Shown: one piece after another, positions 36,824 through 46,193 of the stretch
Layout of the letters: each line of letters opens with the position of its first letter
Numbering within the stretch: the first letter of the stretch is position 1
Source: Clostridia bacterium
Lineage (GTDB): Bacteria > Bacillota > Clostridia > Oscillospirales > CAG-272
Direction: 5' to 3'
Assembly (NCBI GenBank): GCA_017467085.1
Contig: JAFTSW010000062.1
Span: forward strand, 4,669-68,668
Length of the DNA stretch: 64,000 nt
Notes under the pieces: model-generated
What the model was told of the DNA's origin: nothing
Seen by the model: only the letters and a program-made list of their open reading frames with translations
Databases searched by the model: none
Program-made: the position numbers and the translations under genes

Positions 36824-37810
36824 TTAAGAGATGGTTTTCAGATACAGCTTGCGTGCCAGGGGGTAGAGGATAAAGGCGGAATAGCGGAGGAGCTTGCATT
36901 TCTTGCCCTCCATAAAGCGTTCGTATACCTCCCCGTCGCTTTCCTTGATGAAGGCGAAAAATTCCTTCACCCGTGCCTTTGCCTCGCGGCTTCTGTCAAA
37001 GCTCAGAAGCACCCCAAGCTCCACGTCCGCCATTACGGCAATACGCTTTGCCATAAAGCGGCGCTGTCCGTCTGCAAGACCGTCCTTTTTCTCCTTGAAA
37101 AGGGAGAGCAAGCGCAACAGCACCCGATGATGCTGGGGCAGGTTTTTCCGCATGCTGGCAGGGTTGACGCTTTGGGTCGCCTGCGCCACACGGTACATAT
37201 ATACCGTCTTGTCAAAGTAGGCAAGGGTCTTGACCGCGGGAATGGGGAAAAGGGTATATTCCGTGTCGGTATAGAAGCAGTTGTCCAGGGTTTCTGCCGC
37301 CTTAAAGAGGGCGGTTTTGTAGGTCAAAGCGTGCATCTGGTAGGGTACGTGGGGGAACATCTCCTCGAAAAAGAGAAGCTCTCTTGCGGGAAGGGCGGTG
37401 GTTTCAACCCCGATTACCTTCTTTTCGCTATTATCGTATACCTCGTAGTCGGATACTACAAGGTCGGCGTCCGTATTCTCCAAAAAGGCGATAAAGTCGG
37501 CTATATTCTCGGTTTTGACCCAGTCATCCCCGTCCACCATTCTGAAATACTTTCCCGTGGCGTTGGCAATACCGCAGTTGACGGTAGAGCCGGGACCCTC
37601 GTTTTCCTTGCGAATCAGCTTGACCGTGTCGGGATAGAGGGCGGCGTACTTCTCCACGATGTCGGGGGTATCGTCGTGGCTTCCGTCGTCGGTGACGATA
37701 ACCTCGATTTTGTCCCTGGCTTCGCTGTTACAGAAGGAGGTCAGGTTCTCTAAAATCATTTCTCCCAAATTGTAGGAGGCAACGCTGACGCTTAAAATTT
37801 TCTCATTCAT
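36824..37810 (-). CDS. Family 2 glycosyltransferase
   Basis: N-terminal SVSVASYN...VTDDGSHDDT and a DGDD motif. Confidence 0.75.
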   Translation of the reverse strand: MNEKILSVSVASYNLGEMILENLTSFCNSEARDKIEVIVTDDGSHDDTPDIVEKYAALYPDTVKLIRKENEGPGSTVNCGIANATGKYFRMVDGDDWVKTENIADFIAFLENTDADLVVSDYEVYDNSEKKVIGVETTALPARELLFFEEMFPHVPYQMHALTYKTALFKAAETLDNCFYTDTEYTLFPIPAVKTLAYFDKTVYMYRVAQATQSVNPASMRKNLPQHHRVLLRLLSLFKEKKDGLADGQRRFMAKRIAVMADVELGVLLSFDRSREAKARVKEFFAFIKESDGEVYERFMEGKKCKLLRYSAFILYPLARKLYLKTIS

Positions 37811-39839
37811 AATCCACCTGTCCTGTCAGATAAATTTTTTCCAAGAGAGCCGCGGACTCCTTGGCATCATAGTGGGCGCCAAGAAGCGCCTTGGCGTATT
37901 CCTCACGGGGCAGGGGCGCAACTCTTGCCTGCAAAACGGCGTCTGCCCAAAGGGCAGGGCTTGCAATATCCACGAAGGAAACAAGGTCGGTGAACGCCGC
38001 CTCACGGGGAATAGCGGGGGAGCAAAGGGTGGGAAGCCCCGTTCCCTGGGCTTCAATGGCAACGATGCCCAAGCCCTCAAAGAGAGAGGGGAAGAGGAAA
38101 ACGTCGCTTGCCATCAGCAAGGCAGGAATATCGTCCCGAAGCCCTAAGAAGGATACGGCGTCTGACAGCCCCGCACGGGCTACCTTTTCCGTCATTTCCT
38201 CCTTTAAGGGACCGTCCCCGATAAGGAGCAGACGGAAGCGCTTGCCCTTTTCGGCAAGAAGCTTGGCGGTTTCAATCAAAAAGCCGTGATTCTTTTCGGG
38301 AGCAAAGCGCCCGATGTGACAAAGGGTTAGCTCATCCTCCCCGATGCCCAGCTTGCGTCTGTATTCCTCACGCACCGCCGAGGAAAACACGTAGCGCTGG
38401 CTGTCAATGCCGTTGTTGATAACGGCGTACCGCTTCTTTTCTATCACCGAGGCAGGGAACTTTCTTTGAGCCGCCTTCACCGAGCAGGCTAAAAAGCCGT
38501 CGGCGTATTTTTCGATGCCTCTGTCGGAATGCGCCTTAATCAGCTTGTACTTGAAGGAGGAGGCGCTTCCCGCGGCGTGGGAATGCACGTATACGCGCTT
38601 GACGCCGTGCCGCTTGGCAATACGGGCGGCGTGATACAGCGCGTAGAGGCTGCCCGACTGAATGTGAATGACGTCAAAGGCGTCCGTCTTGAGAATGCGC
38701 TTGAGTCCACGGGTGGTGTAAATCTTGCGCAGGGGGGTCTGGAAGGGATAATCCAAATAAACCAAGCTATAACCGCGCTCCCGTATCAGGGAGAGAAGTG
38801 CCTCGTTGTCGGCATTGTAGGGGGTGGCAAAGGTGTAGGCGATAGCATCGCTTTCAAAATCCCTTGCCATATTCAGCATAAACGCCTCCTGTCCGCCGTA
38901 GGAAAGAGGCTCACAGAAGAATTCCAGCACCTTGACCTTGGAGCTGGGACGGAACACGAATTCCTTGGTGGGGGTAAAGGTCTTGGCTGCCTTGGCGCCC
39001 TGGCGCAAAATCGCCAGCTTTTCCTTCTTCATCGGGGTACCCGAGAAGCGGATTTTAATACGGTGGTACAGCTTCTTGGCAAAATAATACAGCTTGCCGC
39101 GAAGCCCCTCCTTGGCGTAGAAATAGCCCTCGTTGCGGTAGGCGTAGAAATAGCGGTCCAGCCTGTCGCCCGTGTCGGATACGATGTCCGCGCCAATGTT
39201 GTTCTTGGATTTATGCACGGCAACGCTGTCGGACACCAGATAGCAGGGGTAGCTTTTGGAGATACGGGCGGTGTATTCCCAGTCATCTCCCCAGATGAAG
39301 AATTCACGGTAGGGAAGACCCACCTCCTCTATCACCTTGGCGGTTAAAAACAGGGATACGAAGGAGGCAAGCTTCACCCGTGTATGACGGGAGAAGTCGG
39401 AAATCTCGTGGAACAGGGTGGTGCGCTGGACGTTCATCTTGCAGATGCTGCCGTCCGTCCAACGGACAACGCCGGACAAAAAGCCAAACTCGTCCTTTGC
39501 CTTGTCCGCAAAGCGCAAGAAGCCGTCAAGAGCGGTGGGGGTCACGATGCAGTCATCGTCCATCAGCCAGACGTAGTAGGCGCCAAGGGACACCGCGCGG
39601 CGAATGCCGTAGGCAAAGCCGCCCGCGCCGCCTAAGTTCTTTCCCGTGTTCTCGTAAATGATAGCGGGGTTCTCCAAAAGGTCGGCAATATAGTCCTTGG
39701 TGCCGTCGGTGCCTGCGTTGTCCACCACCAAAATCCGCAGATTTTCGTTATCGGATGCCAAAAGGGCAAGAATGCCCTCCCGCAGTAGCACCTTGCGGTT
39801 GTAGGTGACCACAACGGCATAAATCAATTTCTCGTTCAA
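37803..39839 (-). CDS. Two-domain glycosyltransferase (N-terminal GT2, C-terminal GT4-like)
   Basis: 678 aa. The GT2 part has VVVTYNR...VVDNAGTDGT and LMDDDC. The GT4 part has the EGLGIVAIEAQGTGLP motif. Confidence 0.75.
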   Translation of the reverse strand: MNEKLIYAVVVTYNRKVLLREGILALLASDNENLRILVVDNAGTDGTKDYIADLLENPAIIYENTGKNLGGAGGFAYGIRRAVSLGAYYVWLMDDDCIVTPTALDGFLRFADKAKDEFGFLSGVVRWTDGSICKMNVQRTTLFHEISDFSRHTRVKLASFVSLFLTAKVIEEVGLPYREFFIWGDDWEYTARISKSYPCYLVSDSVAVHKSKNNIGADIVSDTGDRLDRYFYAYRNEGYFYAKEGLRGKLYYFAKKLYHRIKIRFSGTPMKKEKLAILRQGAKAAKTFTPTKEFVFRPSSKVKVLEFFCEPLSYGGQEAFMLNMARDFESDAIAYTFATPYNADNEALLSLIRERGYSLVYLDYPFQTPLRKIYTTRGLKRILKTDAFDVIHIQSGSLYALYHAARIAKRHGVKRVYVHSHAAGSASSFKYKLIKAHSDRGIEKYADGFLACSVKAAQRKFPASVIEKKRYAVINNGIDSQRYVFSSAVREEYRRKLGIGEDELTLCHIGRFAPEKNHGFLIETAKLLAEKGKRFRLLLIGDGPLKEEMTEKVARAGLSDAVSFLGLRDDIPALLMASDVFLFPSLFEGLGIVAIEAQGTGLPTLCSPAIPREAAFTDLVSFVDIASPALWADAVLQARVAPLPREEYAKALLGAHYDAKESAALLEKIYLTGQVDYE

Positions 39840-41059
39840 AGCGGACTCTCCTCGTTTTCTTTTTTTCGCTTGGGAAGGGGGAAAAGGGACTTTCCGTCGG
39901 CGATAAACGCCAGGGAAAGCACGAAAATATTATAGCGAACGTCGCATAAATACGCTTCAAAAATGCCGTCCGCAAAGCAAATCAAAAGGGCAAAGACAAG
40001 CCAGAGGTTGCGGGTCTTTAAGGCGTGCCGCAGGGCAAAAATATCTGCCGCCATCACCATTAAAAAGCCGAACACACCCATATTGAAGAGGTAAAAATAC
40101 CAGGAGGAGTCCACCCCGATATAAATGTCCCCGTCCATCCAGTCTACCGCCTGCCCGAAAAGGGTCAGCCCGGGAGAGGAGAAGGCGTTGGCGGTCAGCG
40201 CCAGGCGGTTGGAGAAAAAGCCGTTCAGCTCCACCGCCAAGGGATTGCCCCCGGCATAGAGAAGCACCAACAGCCCAAAGCCGAAAAAGAGCAAAAGGGG
40301 CAAAAAGCAAAGGGTGTTGTATACCCACCTCTTCTCCGTAAAGGCAAAGAAACGGGAAATTTTCTCCTCCTTCTTCGCCAGCAGCTTGTGCGCCAGCGTC
40401 GCCGTCACCACCGCAAGGGTCAAGCCGAGCCCTGTTCTGGTGTCAGTCTGGGTATAGATGAAAACGGAAAGCGCCGCCTCGGCCACCAGGAGCCAATAGG
40501 GCGTCCTTTTCTGCAAGGCGTAGTTTAGGGAGAGAGCGGAGAAAAGCATCAGCGATTGGGACATCGTGGCGTAGGTGAAGCCTAAGGTGTACCGCTCCGT
40601 TTCTCCACGGTAGGAAAATACCTCGTTGGGCAAAGCCCCGATAAGGGCAAGGAAAATCACCAGAACCAATCCCACCCCAAGCAGGGCGCCTGCGGCAAAG
40701 GCAACGCGCTTGAAGTCGGAGCGGCGCAGCGCCATCAGCAACAGGGGCAAAAGGATAAAAAGGGTGCGCCAGCCGCCGCCGCCCGTGGCGATATAAATGC
40801 CAACGCCTAAGAGAAAGCAGACAAGCAGTAGCAAAACCCCAAAAGAGGGGGCGAGCTTGCCGCAAGCAATATCCACGAAAAGGGAAAGCCCTATTAAGGC
40901 AAACAGCACGAGCTTAATGCCCGACAAAAGGTTGGCAAGCAGAAGAATATGCAGCATCTCGGAGGTTAAGAATACCTCCAACATACAGGTGGCGCCCAAG
41001 AGCCAGGGCAGGGAGCGCCGCAAAAGGGCAAAGACCTTAAGGTTAAAAACTCTTTCCAT
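39836..41059 (-). CDS. O-antigen ligase/polymerase-like membrane protein (Wzy-type)
   Basis: 407 aa with at least 10 TM segments, inside the polysaccharide locus. It overlaps both neighbouring genes. Confidence 0.6.
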   Translation of the reverse strand: MERVFNLKVFALLRRSLPWLLGATCMLEVFLTSEMLHILLLANLLSGIKLVLFALIGLSLFVDIACGKLAPSFGVLLLLVCFLLGVGIYIATGGGGWRTLFILLPLLLMALRRSDFKRVAFAAGALLGVGLVLVIFLALIGALPNEVFSYRGETERYTLGFTYATMSQSLMLFSALSLNYALQKRTPYWLLVAEAALSVFIYTQTDTRTGLGLTLAVVTATLAHKLLAKKEEKISRFFAFTEKRWVYNTLCFLPLLLFFGFGLLVLLYAGGNPLAVELNGFFSNRLALTANAFSSPGLTLFGQAVDWMDGDIYIGVDSSWYFYLFNMGVFGFLMVMAADIFALRHALKTRNLWLVFALLICFADGIFEAYLCDVRYNIFVLSLAFIADGKSLFPLPKRKKENEESPL

Positions 41060-41825
41060 ACTTTTCCTTCTTGAACTTGGCCTTCAGAAAGCTCGTCCCC
41101 TTTTTCCACCAGTTGACGGGCTCAATGTTTTCCAAGCCAACCTCCGTATAAGAAATACCGTTGGTTATGATATATACGTCCAAGAGAAGCTCGCTGACGC
41201 GCCCAAAGAAGCGGGCGTGAAAGGGGGTGTACTGTGAGGTGTCAATCCTCTTCTCTAATTCGAAGAGAATGGGGAAGAGCCAGGCGCAATAAGCGTCTGC
41301 CGCCGCCTTTTTTGCCACAAACATATTGAACATATGGGCGCTTCTGCGCTTTTTCAGCTGCTCAAAGGCAGGAGAATAGAGAGGGCAAAGCTCGGCAATG
41401 ATTTTTCCTGCCTCGTCCAAGGGCTCCACGTACATCGTGTGGGCGTAGTGGGAATAGAGGGTTTCAATATAGTAGTTGCGCTTCTTGGGGAGAATAAAAT
41501 CGTGCTTTTCCAAGAGCGCTTCCGCCTCCTCTGCGGTCAGCACGCGGTTTTTGCGCTTGCCTACGGGGAAGGGTGCCTTGCCGTGCAAATGGCGTCTGTA
41601 ATGCACAAGACCCAGGTTGTCCGCCTCTACGTTTTTCCAGGCGTAATATAAAGCGGTCAGCTCGCAAAAGAAGGGATTTTTAGCGGCAATGTTGTCGCCC
41701 GTGTTGTCCCGAATATACCCCTCGGGCAGATGCTCCTGCCCACCCACCAGAATGGGGGTGTAGGCGCCCTCCTCGGGCATAGGATATTCCTTATGGGTGA
41801 CCACCAAAATTTTCGTTTGCGCCAT
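41043..41825 (-). CDS. DUF4422-domain protein (putative glycosyltransferase)
   Basis: ATG at 41825. The N-terminus KILVVTHKEYPMPEEGAYTPILVG is typical of DUF4422. Confidence 0.65.
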   Translation of the reverse strand: MAQTKILVVTHKEYPMPEEGAYTPILVGGQEHLPEGYIRDNTGDNIAAKNPFFCELTALYYAWKNVEADNLGLVHYRRHLHGKAPFPVGKRKNRVLTAEEAEALLEKHDFILPKKRNYYIETLYSHYAHTMYVEPLDEAGKIIAELCPLYSPAFEQLKKRRSAHMFNMFVAKKAAADAYCAWLFPILFELEKRIDTSQYTPFHARFFGRVSELLLDVYIITNGISYTEVGLENIEPVNWWKKGTSFLKAKFKKEKYGKSF

Positions 41826-42039
41826 ACAGCAGCCTCCGTCCTTGACTATATTTATATTAAGGAAAAATAGATAAAACCATACATCATATATCATAACACA
41901 TTTCTTGGAAAAAATCAAGGAAATTATTGCCGTTTGTGAAAGAAAGGAAAAAATGCCGAAAAAAGAAGAAAAAAGCAGTATTTTTTAGGCAAGTGGCACT
42001 GTACGGAGGGCCACCGCAAAAGCCCCGGAAAGGGGGAGA

Positions 42040-42063
42040 ACACAAAAGGGAGCGGCAGCTCCC
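42040..42063 (-). terminator. Rho-independent terminator downstream of the DUF4037 gene
   Basis: On the minus strand: GGGAGC-tgcc-GCTCCC followed by TTTTGTG. Confidence 0.6.
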
Positions 42064-42178
42064 AAGAAGATGGAGGGCGCAAAGACCGTCCGCAAAAAAG
42101 AAAAGCGAGGGCTTCCTTTTGGTAAGAAAAGTCTTCGCTTTTGGTGGTTAATATTTGTTTACAAAACAAGTGTTTATG

Positions 42179-43123
42179 CTATATTTCAGATATTCCGTCC
42201 AGGATATGCAGCTGGCGCAGGGTGCGGTCCTTGATGCCGTTTTGCACCGAGTAGGCGTGGGCGGAAAGGGGCTGCTCCCCTGCCTCCGATAGCCCGTCCT
42301 CGCAAAGCGCCTTGGCAAAAAGGGCGCAAATCGCCTCCACGGTTTCTGCCTTGCCCTCTGCCACGGCAGGGGCGTTTCCTAACTCGCAAAGACCCGTTAG
42401 GGTGTCTGCCAAATCCGCAAAGCGGGGAAGGGAACGCATACCGCGGAACGCCCATTTATAAAAGGGCTCGTATGCGTTATTCAGAAGATACACCGTGGAA
42501 ATGGCGTGACGGACGAAGGAAAAAACGGCAAGCTGGGCGGCGCCTCGCTCACCGCGCTTGACAAGTCTTGGATAGTTATACAGTCCGCTTTGGGTCATAG
42601 CAAGGGCGTGAGCAGCCAAGAGCTTTCTTCTGACGTCAAGGGGATAGCCTGCCTGCAAGAGGGTACGGGTTTTTGAAAAGGCGCCGTCCCCATCATAAAA
42701 CACCTCGCCGTTGGTGGCGGCGCGCAGGGCGTAGGAGGGAATATACAGCCACTCCCTTGGCTCTGTGGGTGGGGTGTCGCTTCCTAAAAAGCGGCGGTAA
42801 AATTCCTCTCGGACAAAAATGCCGTGCCGCCTGCCGTCGGCAGGAACGGGCTGACGGGAGAAGCCCTTGTATTCCTTAGGGAGCTTGGCGTAGGCACGCT
42901 CCAAGGGAAAGCCGAAATCCTCGTAATCGGAGGCGGAAAGCCAGATGCAGAAGCCCGGCTCAAAATCGTGGTCCGTGGAAAGCCCGTCGTCAAAGCCCTC
43001 GCACTCGGAGCCCTCCCCTACAAGCCCCACCGCCAGACGGGAAAGCTTGTCCCCGAATTGGGATAGGAGCATATCCCTTCCGTATGCCTCGTAATAGGAA
43101 CGGGCAAGGTCAAGTCCCTTCAT
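42179..43123 (-). CDS. DUF4037-domain protein (nucleotidyltransferase-like N-terminus)
   Basis: 314 aa. GLVGEGSECEGFDDGLSTDHDFEPGFCIW is typical of this family. It ends in TAG. Confidence 0.6.
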   Translation of the reverse strand: MKGLDLARSYYEAYGRDMLLSQFGDKLSRLAVGLVGEGSECEGFDDGLSTDHDFEPGFCIWLSASDYEDFGFPLERAYAKLPKEYKGFSRQPVPADGRRHGIFVREEFYRRFLGSDTPPTEPREWLYIPSYALRAATNGEVFYDGDGAFSKTRTLLQAGYPLDVRRKLLAAHALAMTQSGLYNYPRLVKRGERGAAQLAVFSFVRHAISTVYLLNNAYEPFYKWAFRGMRSLPRFADLADTLTGLCELGNAPAVAEGKAETVEAICALFAKALCEDGLSEAGEQPLSAHAYSVQNGIKDRTLRQLHILDGISEI

Positions 43124-43125
43124 CG

Positions 43126-43938
43126 TTATGCTTCCTTTCCCATCATCGCGCGAAGCGCCGCCTCCTCCTCAAAAAGCCCGAAATGGCGGAAGGAGGGGAT
43201 ACATTTGCTCAGCGTGAAGCGAAAATAGCCGTCGTGCCTGATGGAGGGGGCGCATAAAAGCCCGTAGGCGGCGCAAAGGGCGGGATAGATTTTTTCATCC
43301 TGCCAAAGCTCGTAAAGGTGCGCCAGGTTCAGATAGGTAACGGCGGCCTCCAAAAGCCCCTTTCCCTTGCCCTCCATAATGTCCAAGGCGTTCTGATAGG
43401 CTGCCTCTGCCTCGCTCTTGCGTCCAAGGTCGGCAAGGGCAAGCCCGTAGTTGTTGTAAAAGCCGCCAAGGCGCGGGTCATCCGCAGGCAGGCTCTCACG
43501 GTAAACGGCAAGGGCGTCCTCGTAGTGGGGAAGCGCCTCTTCTGCCTTGCCAAACGCCTTTAAGGTGGTGGCGGCGTTCAGCAGCACCGTTGCCGCCGAT
43601 ACGGTGGATTTGTTGTCTAATGCCTCAATCAGCGCAAGGGCATCCCCGACGGCGGCAAGCGCCTTGTCCTTGTTTCCCGTTTTGCGGTAAAGTCCCAACG
43701 CCTCGCTGACAACGGCAAGCTCCCCTCGCATATCTCCAAGGGAACGTGCCTCGGCGCGCCAGTATTCCAAAACCCGCTCTGCCTCTGCCAAATCGTTTTC
43801 CTCAAAGCAGGCGTCAAGCCGCGCTATCATACGGGAGGCGTCTATGCGTCCTCGTGAATTGTCCTCTCCCTTGTAATTGCCGCAAACGGCACAGCCGTCA
43901 TAGAGGGACAGCTCCTCAAAAAAATCGTCGTTTCTCAT
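43126..43938 (-). CDS. Tetratricopeptide-repeat protein
   Basis: 270 aa with several TPR-like A..Y..AL units. Its start overlaps the upstream stop (ATGA). Confidence 0.65.
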   Translation of the reverse strand: MRNDDFFEELSLYDGCAVCGNYKGEDNSRGRIDASRMIARLDACFEENDLAEAERVLEYWRAEARSLGDMRGELAVVSEALGLYRKTGNKDKALAAVGDALALIEALDNKSTVSAATVLLNAATTLKAFGKAEEALPHYEDALAVYRESLPADDPRLGGFYNNYGLALADLGRKSEAEAAYQNALDIMEGKGKGLLEAAVTYLNLAHLYELWQDEKIYPALCAAYGLLCAPSIRHDGYFRFTLSKCIPSFRHFGLFEEEAALRAMMGKEA

Positions 43939-45728
43939 GCGATAGGCTCAAAGTCGGCAGCGCCGTGCTTGCAAAGGGGACAGATAAAGTCCTCGGGCCG
44001 CTCGTCGCCCTCGTACACATAGCCGCAAATCTTGCAAACGTAGCCGCGCTTGCCCTCGGTCTGGGGCTTGGGCTTCACGTTTTCCTGGTAATAGGTGTAG
44101 GTCATGGTTTCCTTGTCGGAAATCACGCGCGCCTCGGTAATGCCGCAAACGAACATACCGTGGGTACCCAAATCCACGTACTGCTCCACCTCCAAGGACA
44201 TAAAGGCGTTGATATAACGGGAGAGGAATACCAGCCCGTTATCCGAGCGAAGCTGGGGCTCGCCTCCGAACTTGTCAACGCTTCTGCCGCTTTGGAAGCC
44301 GAAGGTTTCAAATACCGAGAAGGGCGCCTCTACCGAGAGACAGTTGACGTTCATCTTCTTGGTCTGCAAAATCACGTGATGAGAATAGTTGTCCTTGTTG
44401 ATAACCACAGCCACACGGTTGGGGGTGTTGGTTACCTGGGTCACGGTGTTGACAATCAAGCCGTTGTCCTTCTTGCCATCGTTGGAGGTAACCACGTAAA
44501 GACCGTAGCCAATCTTGAAAAGAGCGGAAAGGTCATTCTTGTTGGCGGTTTCATCCCGCTGCGCAAGATAGGCGCGGCAAAGCTCGCCCGCTACCTCCTC
44601 TATCTGTGCCTTGGAGTCCTCGCTGAGGGCGGACTTGACGGTCACGGTGGGAGAAAGCAGGGTGATATTCTTGGAGGCGGCAAGCATTTCCTTCATAACC
44701 TTGGCAGCCAAGGGCGCCCAAGAGCCGTTCTCGATTAAGGCAACCGTTCTGTTCTGGAAGCCTCTTTCGGTAAGATGCTCGATGAATTGGCGCATAAAGG
44801 GGAAAACATCCGCGTTGTAGGTGGTGGTGGCAAGCACCAGCTTGCTGTAACGGAACGCCTTGGCAACGGCAGAGGAAATGGGCTCTCTTGCCAGGTCGCA
44901 AAGCACAACCTCGGGGCAGCCCATTGCCTTGCATTTTTCTCCCAGCAGCTCGGCGGCGCGACGGGTGTTGCCGTAAATAGAGGCGTAGGCAATCAGAATG
45001 CCGTCCGTTTCGGGCTGGTAGGAGGACCAGATATTATAATAATGGAGATAATACCCCAGGTTTTCCTTCAGAACGGGGCCGTGCAGAGGGCAGATGATGG
45101 AAATATCCAAGGCACTTGCCTTCTTTAAGAGCGCCTGCACCTGGGCGCCGTATTTGCCAACGATGCCGATATAATAGCGGCGCGCCTCGTCAAGCCAATC
45201 CTCTTCACGGTCAAGCGCTCCGAATTTGCCAAAGCCGTCTGCCGAGAACAGCACCTTGTCGGTGCTATCGTAGGTCACCATTACCTCGGGCCAGTGAACC
45301 ATAGGTGCAAAAACGAAGGTGAGGGTGTGCTTGCCCAAGGAAAGGGTAGCGCCGTTTTCTGCCACAATACGGTTCTAGGCAAAGCCCGTGCCAAAGAACT
45401 GCTCCATCATCACGAACGCCTTGGCGGTTGCCACCACGGTGGCATCGGGATACACCTTCAAGAAGCTGCCGATGTTGGCGGAGTGGTCGGGCTCCATATG
45501 CTGGACAATCAGATAGTCGGGGGCTCTGCCACCCAAGGCGGCTTGCAGGTTGTCAAGCCATTCGTGGGTGAAGCCAATGTCCACCGTATCGAAAACGGCA
45601 ACCTTTTCGTCAAGCAACAGGTAGGAATTGTAGGACATTCCGTTCTTCACGGGGTACTGTCCCTCAAACAAATCCACCTTGTGGTCGTTAACACCAATGT
45701 ATACGATATCTTCGGTAATTTTCATCAT
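43935..45728 (-). pseudogene. Multidomain flavodiiron protein (metallo-beta-lactamase diiron, flavodoxin, flavin-reductase-like and rubredoxin domains) interrupted by one in-frame TAG
   Basis: ORFs 45375-45728 and 43935-45365 are in the same frame and separated only by TAG (45375-45377) plus 3 sense codons. The stop falls inside the conserved MBL domain (...GTGFA*NRIVAENGATLSLGKHTLTFVFAPMVHWPE). The C-terminus carries the rubredoxin motifs CKICGY...CPLC. Confidence 0.7.
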
Positions 45729-45756
45729 ATCCTCCGAAATTTTTTATTCTACGGCT

Positions 45757-45785
45757 ATTGTAGCATATTCCGATTGATTTTGCAA
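45757..45785 (-). promoter_or_regulatory. Promoter for the flavodiiron operon
   Basis: On the minus strand: TTGCAA, a 17-nt spacer, then TGcTACAAT. Confidence 0.65.
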
Positions 45786-45833
45786 CGGTTTTTTACGGTG
45801 TAAGGATATTCTATCCCCATTTTACCCCATCTC

Positions 45834-45868
45834 AAACAAAAAAGCCGCATAGACAGCGTCTATGCGGC
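45834..45868 (-). terminator. Rho-independent terminator after the PqqD-like gene
   Basis: GCCGCATAGAC-gct-GTCTATGCGGC followed by a T6 run on the minus strand. Confidence 0.85.
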
Positions 45869-45891
45869 AAAGAGAGGAAGGAGGGGGGCTA

Positions 45892-46155
45892 TCAGTCCTC
45901 CAAGACCTCGATTCTCTCTAAATGGGCAATAAAGTCGGCAACGTCCGCCTTGGCGGTTGCCTCGTCGACCTCGTAAGCCTCCAAAAGCGCCGCTATCAGC
46001 GCCGCCTCGTCAGCCCCCGCCGTCAAGCGCTCCCACAGGAGCTTGCCCGTGGCGTTGAGCTTCATCATCCCTTGAAAGGATGCCTTGGCGCCTAATGGCA
46101 CCACCAGGAAAAAGCCTGCCACCTCGCGGAGCATAAAGCCTTCTTTGATTTTCAT
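45892..46155 (-). CDS. PqqD-family protein (RiPP recognition element-like)
   Basis: 87 aa. The pattern ...LNATGKLLWERL....DEAALIAALLEAYEVDEATAKADVADFIAHLE is typical of PqqD/RRE domains. Confidence 0.7.
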   Translation of the reverse strand: MKIKEGFMLREVAGFFLVVPLGAKASFQGMMKLNATGKLLWERLTAGADEAALIAALLEAYEVDEATAKADVADFIAHLERIEVLED

Positions 46156-46193
46156 AGCGTCAACCGTCCCTCCCGTAGGAGAGCCTTTCTTTT

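Noticed and set aside
41924-42169. Two about 75-80-aa ORFs on opposite strands in the gap between the DUF4037 gene and the polysaccharide locus
   Set aside because: The region is A/G-rich and low-complexity, and it contains terminator hairpins. The translations are Lys/Arg/Pro- or Phe/Leu/Ser-rich strings with no RBS. The region is more plausibly a non-coding terminator and promoter spacer.
45375-45377. Pyrrolysine or a reassigned TAG as the explanation for the in-frame amber codon
   Set aside because: No pyl genes or methylamine methyltransferases are in the window. TAG appears to terminate the DUF4037 gene at 42179-42181. This cannot be fully excluded without the whole genome, so it is kept only as a minor alternative within the finding.
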